Source: Rhina ancylostomus | Taxonomy: Eukaryota | DNA: 64,000 bases | Assembly: GCA_030265395.1 (NCBI GenBank) | Contig: JARFYF010000059.1 | Span: 16,309,206 to 16,373,205 of the forward strand | Direction: 5' to 3' | Part shown: positions 14,151 through 26,872 of the stretch, one piece after another | Layout: each line of letters starts with the position of its first letter | Numbering within the stretch: position 1 is the first letter of the stretch | Notes under the pieces: generated by a model | What the model saw: only the letters and a program-made list of their open reading frames with translations | Told to the model about the DNA's origin: nothing | Databases searched by the model: none | Made by a program: the position numbers and the translations under genes

Positions 14151-16376
14151 CTAGTTGGTTGCATCCTCTCTTGTAGGTTCGAGCCAGTGGATCTCATGAA
14201 TGAAAATTTTAGAATTTCACAGCTTACTGAATGGGTATCTTGGAGCTCAATTCAATCCTGAAGCAAATACATTAGAAAAGAAAACTTTCTTCCTTCATGG
14301 ACATGCAAAAATATGTTGCACCTTCCAATAAATGACAGAATAACAAATCTATACATTAAACATGCTACCTTGCGCAGCTGGCTCCACAGCAGCATTAATA
14401 AAGAAAGCAGCATTTAAGTCAAGTATTGAACATGCAGCATAAACCTTTACAGTTCAAGTAGTACTCTCATCCCAATGTTGGCATCACAATTTCATGGAAA
14501 CTTAAAGGTGAAGGGTGTGAATATAGAATGATGAAAAATTTGAGCAGCTCAATTCTAGGTTTTCTACTACACATGGTTGTATTGGAGGCTTTTAACCAAG
14601 GTACATTATTGGCACCAATGGGAACTTAGTTGATGATAAATTAAGAGTCAGTACTCTGCAATAAGTTAATAAACAGCACCTTCACATATACTTCAACAAT
14701 AAACAACCTGCCAAACACGAGCTCTCTCTCCAATAAACTAAAAAGCAGAATAAGAACTAAATTCAACTGTAAAATGACAAGAAATTAATTCAGAGCAGTA
14801 CCATAGCAAACAGAAATAAATTTGCCCTGTGCTGCTCTATTGCAGTTAACACAATGCCTGGAAGTGATTGACATACTAGCAAAGCTCTTGTTTACACTAT
14901 ATTGATTACAGGAACAAATTTTAACTTGTAAGCAACAGCTATTGTACAGAATGCAGATTAGAAACTTGGAGGTTAGACTTAAAATTCCACTCTTATATCA
15001 ACCAAGTCATTCACAATAGAGCAAAGAATTGTCACACAATCTAAAAATACTGAATGAATTTTTACTTATTTAACATTCCAAACAATAATCCCAGTTTCCA
15101 CTTATTACTTATAATCACATACACAAGTAACCAGAATAGTATTGCAAAAGGTTTTCATTGGATGGTATTCAACATACAGCACAGCTACATCCCTCTCCTC
15201 AATAACCACCTCAAAACCAAATTACTGTCATACTCACCACCTCCGGAAAGAAACGTTCACATTTCAGGTCAATTAGTCTTCATCAGAATGTTTCCAATTC
15301 TGATGAAGTGTTTCTGACCTGAAATTTTAACTGTTTCTTTCTCCACAGATGCCACCTAATCTGTGTATTTCCAGCACATTTTTATCTTAGATTTCCATCA
15401 TCTACAGTTTCTTGCTTTTCAATTACCCAAATTTCAAATTTATTTTAAAATCCCTCTACAATACCCACCTTGCAATCTTTTCCATCATACAATCCTCCAA
15501 TGCCTCTGCAGTCCTCCCATTCTAGCCTCTTGGGCAGTACAGCTATAAAGGCCCCAGGCTCTGGAATTTTATCAGTAGAAAACTTTGCCTCTCTACCTCT
15601 TACCTTCTTTAAAATGCTTCTTAAGACATTTCGGTCCAAGATTTTGGTCATTTACCCTATATATTCCTTGTGCTACTCATTATTAATCTTTTTTATTTTA
15701 CTCCTATGAAGCAGCTTGCAGGTTTATGCAATGAGAAGGGTGCTAAATAAATGAACATCAATGTTACTGATAACAATCAACCAAAGCAACTAATGTGTTT
15801 TTAAATCCACTCTTCAAGATCGGAATTCATCACCCACTTTCCAGCAGCTCTCTCCCATTTGGGGGGTAGTCCAGAAATCACCAGATTTGTCAAACTCCTC
15901 ACACTTTCCAGTGGAATTCTAATTCATGACTGCCAAATACAGTGCCATATAATAACAATGGTACTACACATACATGTCAAAAGCAGGTGAGACTGATAAC
16001 ATACTGGATATAGTGCAACTTTCTAATGCATATCCATAAATTTGTATTTGCACATTTGTGTTCTCAGGGCAAGTTGTCATAGTGATTAGCAGATGCCTGA
16101 CATACAGGATTCTAATCATCTGACTGTAAAGATTTCAGATACTATTTTGCTTCTGATGGGTTAACAGAAGGATCTGAAATCAGTATTTACCAAGCTCAAG
16201 CAGTACACGAACACTTGTCAGGCAGAAAGTGAGAATTAAAACAAGAAACTCTGATTCTACATGATGGAGAAACCAAATTTTCTCTTCAATATTAATCAAA
16301 TGGAAATATGACAAGTGTTCCTTACTCTCTTCTTATGGAGTTAACAGCCATTGGGCTGCTGAGCATTCCACAGTAC

Positions 16377-16493
16377 CTGCTTTCTTTCCAAATTCACCCT
16401 CAAGCTCAGCCTGTGTTCCTGTTAGAGGCAAATCGACCATCTCCATGGTAACAACTTCTGCTAATGCCTCTTCCCGTGTCCAAATAATTCGAC
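16377..16493 (-). CDS. EMC1: EMC1 exon 12
   Basis: [38 protein letters not shown]. Confidence 0.95.
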
Positions 16494-17517
16494 CTGTGAA
16501 AACAGTGGATAACAAACAGAGTCCTACTACATTCTGAAAATTTCACTGGGTGCAGGCAGTCTCTCCTACCAGCAGACAGAACCTACTGAACGATGGGAGA
16601 CAGGCACATTTCTCACTTGGTTGTAATTTTTTTCCCAATTGCTTCCTTCCTTTCCAAATTTGCCATTGTGGTGGAGTGCCCATCCAACAACGCCCAAATG
16701 CATACACCCTGTAGAGTTCCACCATCAATCTCACCTTTCTTACTGTGTGAGGAAACCTGCATTTTTTTTCCAGCACATTCTTACAGAGATACACTTTGAT
16801 CAACAATTCAACTCAAGGGGTAAAGAGATTCCACTAGCACCTTAATATTCCATAACATTTTTCAGATTGTTTATCACATGTTTGAAATTGGAATGAAGTG
16901 CTTGCACAAATCAACCTTCAGGGGAAAGCTATTCAGAGATGCATTACCACTGACACAAATAGAATTTATGCCATCTGCAATGTGACATAGTGATAGGATC
17001 CCTGTACTCCATGAAGTCCTGTCTGAAAATAGAGTATTTACAATAACATCACTGATAACGATCAATGCACATCTTTGAGATCTCTCACCTGTGGCCAATT
17101 GTTGCCTTTTACCTGTACTGTCTGCATCTATTTATTTGAATAGCTTAAATTCAATAATCAATGAGGTAAATGTAATTGAGTTACTGAAGACATTTTAAAA
17201 AAGCAAGACGAAAAACGAAAGAAATCAGAACAAATGGAGGGTGTAGAACTGGAACTTCAATCATACGTGTAGTTAGACTTTTCTAATTCAGATAAAAGGT
17301 TCCCAACCTGAAATGTTAACTCTGTTTCTCTCTTCACAGATGCTACCTTACATACTGAGTATTTGCAGCATTTTGTTTTTATTATTAGACAGTAAGATTG
17401 TTTACTCCATTAAGCATTTTAACCTTCACACTGTCAAACACACCATTGATGAACCTCAAGTTCTAATCACTATTTGTTGACCCAAAAGCCATCCCACCCC
17501 CTCCCTCCCTCACAAAC

Positions 17518-17614
17518 CTGGTTGTTGGATGAAGATTAATGCATGATCAAAGGTCTGTACGAGAGCACGATACCCAACAGAGTCATCTTTCTTCAGGAAT
17601 GCCTGAATATAGAG
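17518..17614 (-). CDS. EMC1: EMC1 exon 11
   Basis: [32 protein letters not shown]; 97 nt. Confidence 0.95.
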
Positions 17615-18008
17615 CTGAGAGCAAAAGATTCTGTGAGATTCTACTTGGGAAGAACTATAGATACACGGCAGTTTACAACTGATGAAACAGAAATGTTCCC
17701 TTTGCTCTTTTTAAATATATGCTCTGGAATGACACATGTGATCCAGTGTTCTACTAAATGCACAAATTAAATTGGTTCTCAATTGATAGTTTCTAGGATA
17801 TGTGGCCAAACCCTCATAATCCCATAATCTTTCCTTATGCACCTCAACAGCTGATCGTCAGCTTTGCCCAGAAACCTCAAAACACCAAGTCCAGCAACAA
17901 ACATTCTTACCCAGAACTGCTTGCCGCCTTAGGCCAGCACCACCTCACCACCCACCCCTACTCCCAGGAAGCTCCTCCAACCTACACCTTGGCCAGTCAC
18001 ATTCTCAC

Positions 18009-18107
18009 CTGCTCTGGTTGCCCACAGTTTGGATCCAGGTTAAAGTTCATGGCTGTGTCCAATAATCGCCTGCCATACTCTGCAGAGTACAGATTAATAC
18101 TGAAAGC
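18009..18107 (-). CDS. EMC1: EMC1 exon 10
   Basis: AFSINLYSAEYGRRLLDTAMNFNLDPNCGQPEQ; 99 nt. Confidence 0.92.
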
Positions 18108-19124
18108 CTGTGAGACAAAAGACACCTTAGTCCGAAAGGCAATGTCTCTGCTTATCATCACCAGACCCAAAATGCCTCCAAAATCAAATTCATGAAATCA
18201 GTTATTACCCTCCCACTCTGGTCTGTTTGATAGTACACTGGAAGGGAAGGAGAGAAAATGAGCTGAATGTATTCCCTTATAAAATTGATACAAAGATGCT
18301 ATCTATATCAATATTCCAAACAGGACATGAAAAACACTGTTCAGATCACGAAACTGTGCAACGTTAATTGAGGAACACAAGGAAGCTATTCTGTTCTTTG
18401 AATAACACCATGGGATGTTTTACATCCACATAAGAAGGTAAGTGGGGCAAGAGTTTAAAATTGCATTTGAAAATCATCACTGTAAATACAGCATGCACTC
18501 AGTATTGCTTTAGGAATTATGTGCTCTTGCCTTTGGATTGGGGCTTGATTCCACAACATTCAGACAATGTGTACACGAAATGAACGTCCCAATGCAGAGA
18601 TAGAAAGCCTACAAGGACATTCAGTCTCTGCCATTTGGATCCAAAGAAGCACCAAAGGCAGAAATACTTTTGGAGTTGTACAATTATTAATAAAGCATTG
18701 CTACAAATATAGTTCCGTGAATAACTTTAGCTTTGGTTTGATTAATAGTAATCAGACTATGGCCAGTGCAGAATAAAAGATTTAAGTACAAGCCCTTCCC
18801 AGGTTAAGAACACCCAACTTACGGACAACCCATACATACGAACAAGCATTTGGGAGACCAACAGGATGGATGGGGATTGATTTGCTGGCTGCTGCAAGCA
18901 TCTTCTGCCAGGTGGGAATGGAGTATTTCCATGTGCCTTCTCTCACCTCCCCATCCCACCTCCCCTCACTCCAGGCCACAACAATCAGGGACTGGATTGA
19001 GACAAGCAGAGCTGGGAGTGTTCAGCAGACTCACTCATTGAGTTACTGAGGCCAGTGGGCAGCCACTCTTCCCACACCAGCTTGCTCTCCTGTCACAGCT
19101 CTCTCTGTTATCCTCTCGACATCC

Positions 19125-19452
19125 TAGTCTAAATAAAGTTCTCCTTCAGAAGATTAAAAAGAACGGAGGTCTAGCCTTACCTAATTTTAGATTCTATTAC
19201 TGGGCAGTCAATATATGAAATCTTACGTTTTGGCTACATTACATTAATCAAGAGGCTTGTCCAGTATAGGTTTCTTCGGAAATTAACTCCGTTAAAAAAT
19301 TTTCTATTATTTCTCTGCTTGGTTCTTCACTTCCAATATCATTAAATAAACTAACAGATAATTTAGCAGTTAAAAATGCTTTGAGGATTTGGTTACAATT
19401 TAGAAAATATTTTGGTTTATTGAGTTTTTCTTTGTCCAGTCCCATTTTCTCT
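19125..19452 (+). mobile_element. Second fragment of the same L1-like family, ending at an assembly gap
   Basis: Encodes KKNGGLALPNFRFYYWAVNI; 19258-19452 is closely similar to 19907-20103. Confidence 0.8.
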
Positions 19453-19905
19453 NNNNNNNNNNNNNNNNNNNNNNNNNNNNNNNNNNNNNNNNNNNNNNNN
19501 NNNNNNNNNNNNNNNNNNNNNNNNNNNNNNNNNNNNNNNNNNNNNNNNNNNNTCAGTCTTCCAAGAACATCTTGACAGGAAATGTAATATGGTAAAACTA
19601 CCAGTGTTTTTGTTTACACAAAGCGTTCCATCCAGTGGTCAACTGAGAATGCCTCAAAATACAAAGCCTTCAATTAAGTTTGAGGAATTTCATTGCAAAA
19701 AAAAAAGGCCAATGCTAACTCATCAAGACCTTAAGTATAAAGGTAAATATTTAAGATTAAGGCAAATCAAACCAGTCACATGTGTACATAAAAATATTCC
19801 ACATGATAAAATTGGAAATAAAGAATAATAAAACATGGTGGATGGGCTCAGCAAATCAAGCAGGAAGAAAGATTTTCAGCCTAATGGTATTTTATTAGAA
19901 TTGTT

Positions 19906-21288
19906 CTGTCCAGTATGGGTTTCTTTGGAAGCTAACTCTGTTAAAAAAAAAATTCTATTATTTCTCTGCTTGGTTCTTCACTCCCTATATCATTAAATAA
20001 ATTAACAGGTAATTTAGTAGTTAAACACGCTTTGAGGATTTGATTACAATTTAGAAAATATTTTGGTTTATTGAGTTTTTCTTTGTCCAGTCCCATTTTC
20101 TCTACTTATTTTTTTAAACCGTCTATGACCGATACAGTTTTTTAAAGAGTGGGACAAATTAGGTATCACTTGTTTTCAGGATCTGTTTGTTGAAGGAAAC
20201 CTTTCTTCGTTTGAACAATTGTCTACCAAGTATAATTCACCAAAAACTCATTTTTCTCGATATTTACAAATTAGAGTTCCTTCGATCTCAATTATATTCT
20301 TTTCCTATGACTCCCGATAAAGATTTATTGGATGTAATTTTTAATCTGAAAGCTTTTCACGATGGCCCAATATCTAATATTTATGACAGGTTATTAGGAA
20401 TGAGTAAGGTGCCACTAGATAAAATTAAAAACGCTTGGGAACAAGATTTGCAGATGTCAATTTCTGAGGAAACTTGGAATGAAATTTTCAAATTGGTTAA
20501 TACTTCCTCATTACGTGCCCATCATTCTCTCCTTCAATTTAAAGTGATCAATAGAGCTTACTTGTCTAAAGATAAACTATCCCATTTTTATTCCGATATA
20601 TCTCCTTACTGTGACAAATGAAATACCGGAGTGGCTTCTCTAATTCACATGTTCTGGACGTGTCAGAGTCTTAAAAAATATTGGACAGAGGTCTTTCACG
20701 CTTTCTCTGTACTTTTCAAAATAAATTTTAAACTTAATCCTTTGACTGCATTATTTGGGATCACTGGAAAAATAGATACAACTTTGAAGGCTTCTGATTT
20801 ATACATTCTGGCTTTTATTTCTCTTATAGCCAGGAGAGCTGTGTTGCTTAAATGGTAGGAAGTTACTCCGCCTACTCATGCTCAATGGTTACGGGATGTT
20901 ATGTCACACTTGAATCTAGAAAAGATTCGTTGTTCAGTTTTTGAATCTAACTTAGACTTTCAAACCTTGTGGGGACCTTTTCTTAATTATTTTCAAAATC
21001 TCTGATTTAGTGACTCAAATGCAGATATTGGCTGACACTGCTACATTTCAAGGGTTTTTCCTTGTCATTTTTTTTCCCATCAAACAGCTTCGGTTTTTGA
21101 TAGTGGGATTAGATTCTTTTTATAGAATATTTCAATTTTTTTCCTTTATTAACTATTACATGTGATTATTAGAGTATTGCGATCTTAAGTACGATTTAAC
21201 ACAACATATTTAGTAGTATTTTTACTCTTTGTTGATGCATGTACTCTGTATTTTTTTCATGGATTTAATAAAAATATTGTAAAAAAAA
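19906..21288 (+). mobile_element. 5'-truncated L1/Tx1-clade LINE, ORF2 C-terminal part plus 3' UTR and polyA, antisense in EMC1 intron 9
   Basis: AWEQDL...LLQFKVINRAYL...YCDK...ASLIHMFWTC (zf-RVT-like region); stops and frameshifts; AATAAA and A-tract at 21267-21288. Confidence 0.85.
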
Positions 21289-21907
21289 TTGTATTACATG
21301 TAAGAAAAAACCTTAAAACTGCCCAAAAAAGTAAGCATGAAGATTGGGAAAATTTCAAAATTCTGCAAAGGAGGATCAGGAATAAGGGAAAGGGGAAGTA
21401 ACATTCTTGACTAGCTTATCAAGAAACAAGGAACCAGACTGCAAATTCAAGAGAGAAGTTGCTAGATTTTTAGAAATCAAGGAAGATGGGATTGGTGCAG
21501 GAAAGTGACACTGAGGTAAAAGATCAACTCTGATCTTATTGAATGGGTCACCATACAAATGACCAATGGCCTACTCCTGTTTCTATTCCTTGTGTTCTTT
21601 TGTGTTACATTTAGTTCCTGCAACATATAGCCACATTATACCACCCTACTAATCTATCATAATTCAGCATCTTTCTTAACTCTGTCTTCCAGGATATGTT
21701 GCACAGCTGATCTTGCCAGATTAGTTATCAGGGTAGAACCATGCTTATTCGGATGCTTAACAGGATAATGTAGAGAGCAAATTTCCACTACACTGTCCCA
21801 GCAAATACTTCTAGGGCAATGACAGGAAAGGTTATATGCAGAATATTAAATGTCCCTCAGAGTAGGAATAGAATTAGTTTTGCTTTAGGTTTAAAAGAGG
21901 TCCTTAC

Positions 21908-21979
21908 TGTTTTGTTCCTGGATGTCATGACAGCTGCCACTATCTTGTCGCCAGTTGTAGCAAAGGATGCAAGCACAGC
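21908..21979 (-). CDS. EMC1: EMC1 exon 9
   Basis: AVLASFATTGDKIVAAVMTSRNKT; 72 nt. Confidence 0.93.
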
Positions 21980-23090
21980 CTACAACAAGGAACACAATTA
22001 AGCTTGAAAGAACAGCTACAAAATTAAGCTTGAAATTAAGTTACAAAAACCTTAATAACATTCCATTTTGACCAATAAAGTGAGAAACAACATCAGATCA
22101 CATGAACAAGCCCAAGGGCGCTAACCCCTGACCTACAACAATGCCGTACTTGTAAAACTCTGTTATCAAGGGTCATCTTCGACCATTTACATTACGCCAT
22201 GGCTGTAAAAGTAGGCACAAGTGGTTCACCTTCAAACCTCTAAAATAGGTTCTCTAACATCTGTGTAACTCATCAGGATGCTGATGGAATACTCACCACC
22301 CTGTTCAATGCGGCAGACAAAACACTCAAGTTCAATATTATCCAGAAATATTACCTGACTGGTACCCCTGATTCAACTCAAAATCCATTCTCCCAGCCCT
22401 CTAATCACCAGCGTCTGACTAGTATGTACAATTTAAAGCTCTGTAACAGCACTTTCCCAAGGTATCTTTGACAGCATCTACCTCTTAGAACAGAAGTATG
22501 ACAATATCGCCTCCAAGCTGTGGGTCATCCCAACTTGAATGCATTGGTGTTCCTATATCATTACTGGATCCCAGAACTCTCTCAACAAGTAATTCTGTAA
22601 GCAACATTACTGTTTAAAATAACTCAAATAGAAACACCACAAGCATTTTTACAGGGCAACTGGGGTAGGCAATAAATGCGCCTTTGTCAGTGCCTCTCAA
22701 TAAAATCCACAAGTATATTAAAGTAAAATTCAGGTAACATTCACATTATTGAACTGTAACCTGCAGAATCTTCAAATGCATATGTTTTAAGCTCCTTGGA
22801 ATGAATTCCATTTGCACTGAAATATTTAACCTTCAAGTGACCCAGAAAGTATGGACAGCTGAACAATTAAGATTGAAACTGTCTATAATGTGGCAAGTCC
22901 AAACCAATAACTACATTTTTCTCCATGGTAATAGTTGACCTTCAAAACAACGACTCAGGAAGAAAAAAATCAGGCACGAATAGATCTCACTCAGCGATCA
23001 TCTCCAAGTAAGAGACAGCTGGGGCTTATGGTCTTGGGTATCTGTGGCAAAACATCAGCATTTATTTACGTATCATTTGATCATTCTCAC

Positions 23091-23258
23091 CTGTGCAAAG
23101 TCACGTAGCAGGCTGACCATGCCATCACGCAGATGTAGTAATGCATAGTGAGTGTTTGACAACTGAAGGAAGAACTGAGTAGATGATGCCACCAGTGGCG
23201 ATGACTGTATTGTTAAAATTCTTCCCTCAAACTCCTCAGCTAGTTCCAGCTCGAGAGA
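23091..23258 (-). CDS. EMC1: EMC1 exon 8
   Basis: SLELELAEEFEGRIL...QFFLQLSNTHYALLHLRDGMVSLLRDFAQ; 168 nt. Confidence 0.94.
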
Positions 23259-23869
23259 CTGGAGGTAGGATTGGAGGAAGGATTGGAGGAAACAAAATAA
23301 GCAAAGATCAATTTTGAGCAAATCTCCGCCAGCTCTTCCCAAACTTGTATTGAAATTAATTACTGTGACTGATTTACCCAGCAACCATTAGCATCTCTTG
23401 GAGCGAAATAAATGCAGGCAACCCACGTATTATGGCTGTTTGAGCAACAGAAATTTGCCCTTGCTGAATTTACAAATCTCTACCCAAAAAACTGAGAGAT
23501 AGAATAAAATATGCTCTCACAGAATCTGACAGAAAAAACACAAGTTTTTTTGCAGCTCATATTTCTTGACCCATGTGCAGATGGTGTGGCTTTGCTTTAT
23601 AGAAAACTGCAAAGTGGAACTGTTCTCTAGGAATGCAACCCCCCCCCCCCACCCCATAACAAGGGATCACCTGTAATAAAGTATCACAGCTGAATTCCAT
23701 GCACTATCCAGTACACCTGCAGGAAAACATTATTAGTTCTTCAGGTGAAATATTAAATGGTAATGGCTACATTGTATTTTGTTGAGCTAGTACAAAATAA
23801 ACACTAACCAGAAGCAAATGGATGACTGCTTCCACCCTAGGCCTGTTGTGGAAGGTCATTAAGTTACAA

Positions 23870-24170
23870 TACTTACCAGATGTGGAAAGATATGGGTTCC
23901 CATCACTGCCCAGAGATGGAGGCCAAGTCCCATCACTGGTCAGATATGGATATAGAGGCACATCATCGGCTTAATATGCAAAGTGCATTGTACTATCATG
24001 AACCAGTTGTGGAAGAATGTGGGATCATGTTATTGACAAGATATGGAAAAATGACACATCACATCACAGGCAAGGATGTGCATTTCCATCCTTGTCCAGA
24101 TGTGGAGAGATTTAGACTCTTATTGTACAGATGTGGAAAGGTGCAGACTCCCACCACATATGATCAACCT
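23870..24170. repeat. Degenerate ~30 bp minisatellite with core CAGATRTGGA
   Basis: About 8 diverged units, e.g. cagatgtgga, cagagatgga, cagatatgga, cagttgtgga. Confidence 0.7.
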
Positions 24171-24459
24171 GGGGTGACAATGGACATAGGGCAGACTCGC
24201 CCTCAAACAAAAGAGGGCAAGTCTGTCCTTCATCTCCGTTAATCACATTCGCATTTGCTAGTAACACCTTTGGAAGGCCTGCGATAAGATGCCCACCATT
24301 CAGGGAATAGCAAAAACAATGATGAACCGAGTAAAATTACTCAAAGAGAGGATTATAAATAAAAAGAAAATCTAATACAAGTAGTACCCAAGGGAGCTAG
24401 TAAAGTACTATACATCTCAGTCTGGAACAGAGGGAATTGGTGGTCAGATGAATCCTCAC

Positions 24460-24609
24460 CTGTAAAGCAACCTGCACAGACTCTTGCTCAGATTCCAAAG
24501 GCAAGATCCGGAGTGAATGAGATTCAGAGTCTATGCATATCAAGTCTCCAGCCCCAACATTTCCACAAAGGTTACGCAAACGTCGGATCCAGGGAGTTGA
24601 TATAGTCCT
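24460..24609 (-). CDS. EMC1: EMC1 exon 7
   Basis: RTISTPWIRRLRNLCGNVGAGDLICIDSESHSL...VALQ; 150 nt. Confidence 0.92.
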
Positions 24610-25441
24610 CTAAAAAGAGAAAGTGGAAATTTGTCAATCAGAAAACACATACTATTAGCTGGTTTCTTTGGAAAGGTCGATCATAATCTCCAATTTGATA
24701 CACTCAAATATAACAGATTAACTAACATACCAAATACAATTACATCACCTGCACCCGCAACATCCATCAAACCCTGGTCCAAAGCTTCACACAGAAAAAA
24801 CGTGAAGGATTGTGTAACAGTTTTATCAAATTAGATTGTTGGCATGACCAATGGCTGAACCCAGCAGTCAGACCACATAATCTGCCTCAGAGGGGAGATC
24901 CCAATCCTAATTATTATCCAATAATTTAGGTTGCCCAATGGGCAATCTTCATATATGCATAATCAAGCAGTGTGCCTGGAAGGAAGGAACAAAGTAGAAT
25001 TCACACTTTGACTGGGATTACAATATGATGGAAATATTAGAGGTACACAATGCAATTAGTCACGTGAAGAATGCTCACTTGGGAAAGATGGCAATGTATG
25101 ATTTATCCTGCATGCAGCCAACTAAATCAGGGAGAAAAGTGAACTGAGGGGAGAGAAAGAAAAATTTATAATTATATCTAATTTTCGAGCAATCACCCAA
25201 AGCAATGACCTAGTTGCAATCAGATTCAATTAGGAGTGAATCACATATCTTACATTAACCCATATTAGTATCACAGAAAGCATCATCAGCATTCCCTCAA
25301 CCTAAACCATTAAATTAATGCTTGTTCAGTGCCTACCCTCTCCATCCTCACAGAACTTTACACTCACCAGTTATTTTTCCAATTCAATGCAAATTATCAC
25401 ATTCTATTGCACTGAACTCCTATTTTCAAACCTGCTCACAC

Positions 25442-25692
25442 CTGTTGGATGATCTTTCCATCATTAATGTCGTACTGAATTATGACAAGNNNNNNNNNNN
25501 NNNNNNNNNNNNNNNNNNNNNNNNNNNNNNNNNNNNNNNNNNNNNNNNNNNNNNNNNNNNNNNNNNNNNNNNNNNNNNNNNNNNNNNNNAATGTCGTACT
25601 GAATTATGACAAGACGAGAGCCAGCAACCATTCCCACCACGTACACCGTACCACCTCCTCCCGAGGAAAGAAGCTCATAATGGACAGTATCA
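25442..25692 (-). CDS. EMC1: EMC1 exon 6 (interrupted by a false 100-N gap with 24-bp overlap; true length 127 nt)
   Basis: DTVHYELLSSGGGGTVYVVGMVAGSRLVIIQYDINDGKIIQQ. Confidence 0.9.
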
Positions 25693-26249
25693 CTGGGGGA
25701 GAAATAGAAATACTTGGTAAACTCACACAAAGGGTCTAAGGTGTCTCACTATCCTTAACCACACAAATAGACTAAGATCCTGCTATCTTTACCACACACT
25801 CAGTTTTAATGTAAGATGTACAGTCACTGCACAACTACAAATCATCACAATCCTGTAATTCTCGCAATAGTCGGTGTCTGGATTGAGCATTGCAGCCCTC
25901 ATCTGGAGTTACATTCCCAGTGAGCATGATGGCATTTACACATTCCTCACACCAGAACAGACAGCAGCTACTCCTACCACAGAGCTCAGATTCAAGAGCT
26001 AACAAACAAAGACAAAGAACTGGAGCAGAAACACTAGAATAAAACTATTTGCATCACTGATTTGAAATAAACCATCAAATTGAAAGTGTAGGCTCTGTGA
26101 GACACATCACTTGGAATATCTGCAGACTGATCTTCAATTGCAGCTAATCTCTTTGCATGTCAGCTGTGGCTCACTCTCATTTCCAAGTCAGAAAGCTTCA
26201 TGTTTATTTGCTGCTACAGACTTTAGCACAAAGATTTAGGATCATACTC

Positions 26250-26545
26250 CAGCACAATCCTGGGAGAGTGCTACACTGTTGGAGGTTTCACCTTTCAGAT
26301 GGCACATTAAATCAAAGCCTTATTCTTCTTTCTCAGACATGAAATATTCCATGACCATTTTTCAAAAAAAGGGAATTACCCCTTCTTGTTTTGGCTAATC
26401 TTTCTCATTCAATTAATATTTCAGGTTACCAGCATATTGCTGCTTGCAAGAGCTTTCAGCAATTTCCTACATTACAACAGTGAATACACATCAAAGATAC
26501 CTCACCTTACATGAAAGCTGGAAATCACTTTGAAATGTCCTTAGA
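26250..26545 (+). mobile_element. DeuSINE (SacSINE1/AmnSINE1-related) copy
   Basis: gagagtgctacactgttggagg...ctttcagatg...ttcctacattacaacagtg; related decayed copies near 900-1130, 18350-18570 (-) and 38905-39030. Confidence 0.6.
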
Positions 26546-26743
26546 GGAATGCAAGTCTTTTTCAAAAATCAGGGTTAATATCAATTACTGGGAACTGCAT
26601 TTGAGCATGTCAATCACTAACTTGTTTCCAATTAATAAACACTTCTCCCCAAAAGCTCCCATTTATTATCCTACCTCTGTTTATGTCAATTGTAGAATGG
26701 CCAATTAGCAAGTCACAAAGTATTTAACATGCAATCCCTGTAC

Positions 26744-26872
26744 CTTTCTGGTAAAGCTTCGATCCATTTCTGATGTCCATTTGAGAGATAATGGAGGGAA
26801 ATGGATGCTTTCTTCACAATGGCAATGAATCTGACTCCTTCAGCAGAGCCAATGAGGGAACCAGTCTGAAAA
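26744..26872 (-). CDS. EMC1: EMC1 exon 5
   Basis: FQTGSLIGSAEGVRFIAIVKKASISLHYLSNGHQKWIEALPE; 129 nt. Confidence 0.94.

Noticed and set aside
20187-20858. 144-aa and 75-aa ORFs as a nested host gene
   Set aside because: They are fragments of LINE ORF2 with stops and frameshifts.
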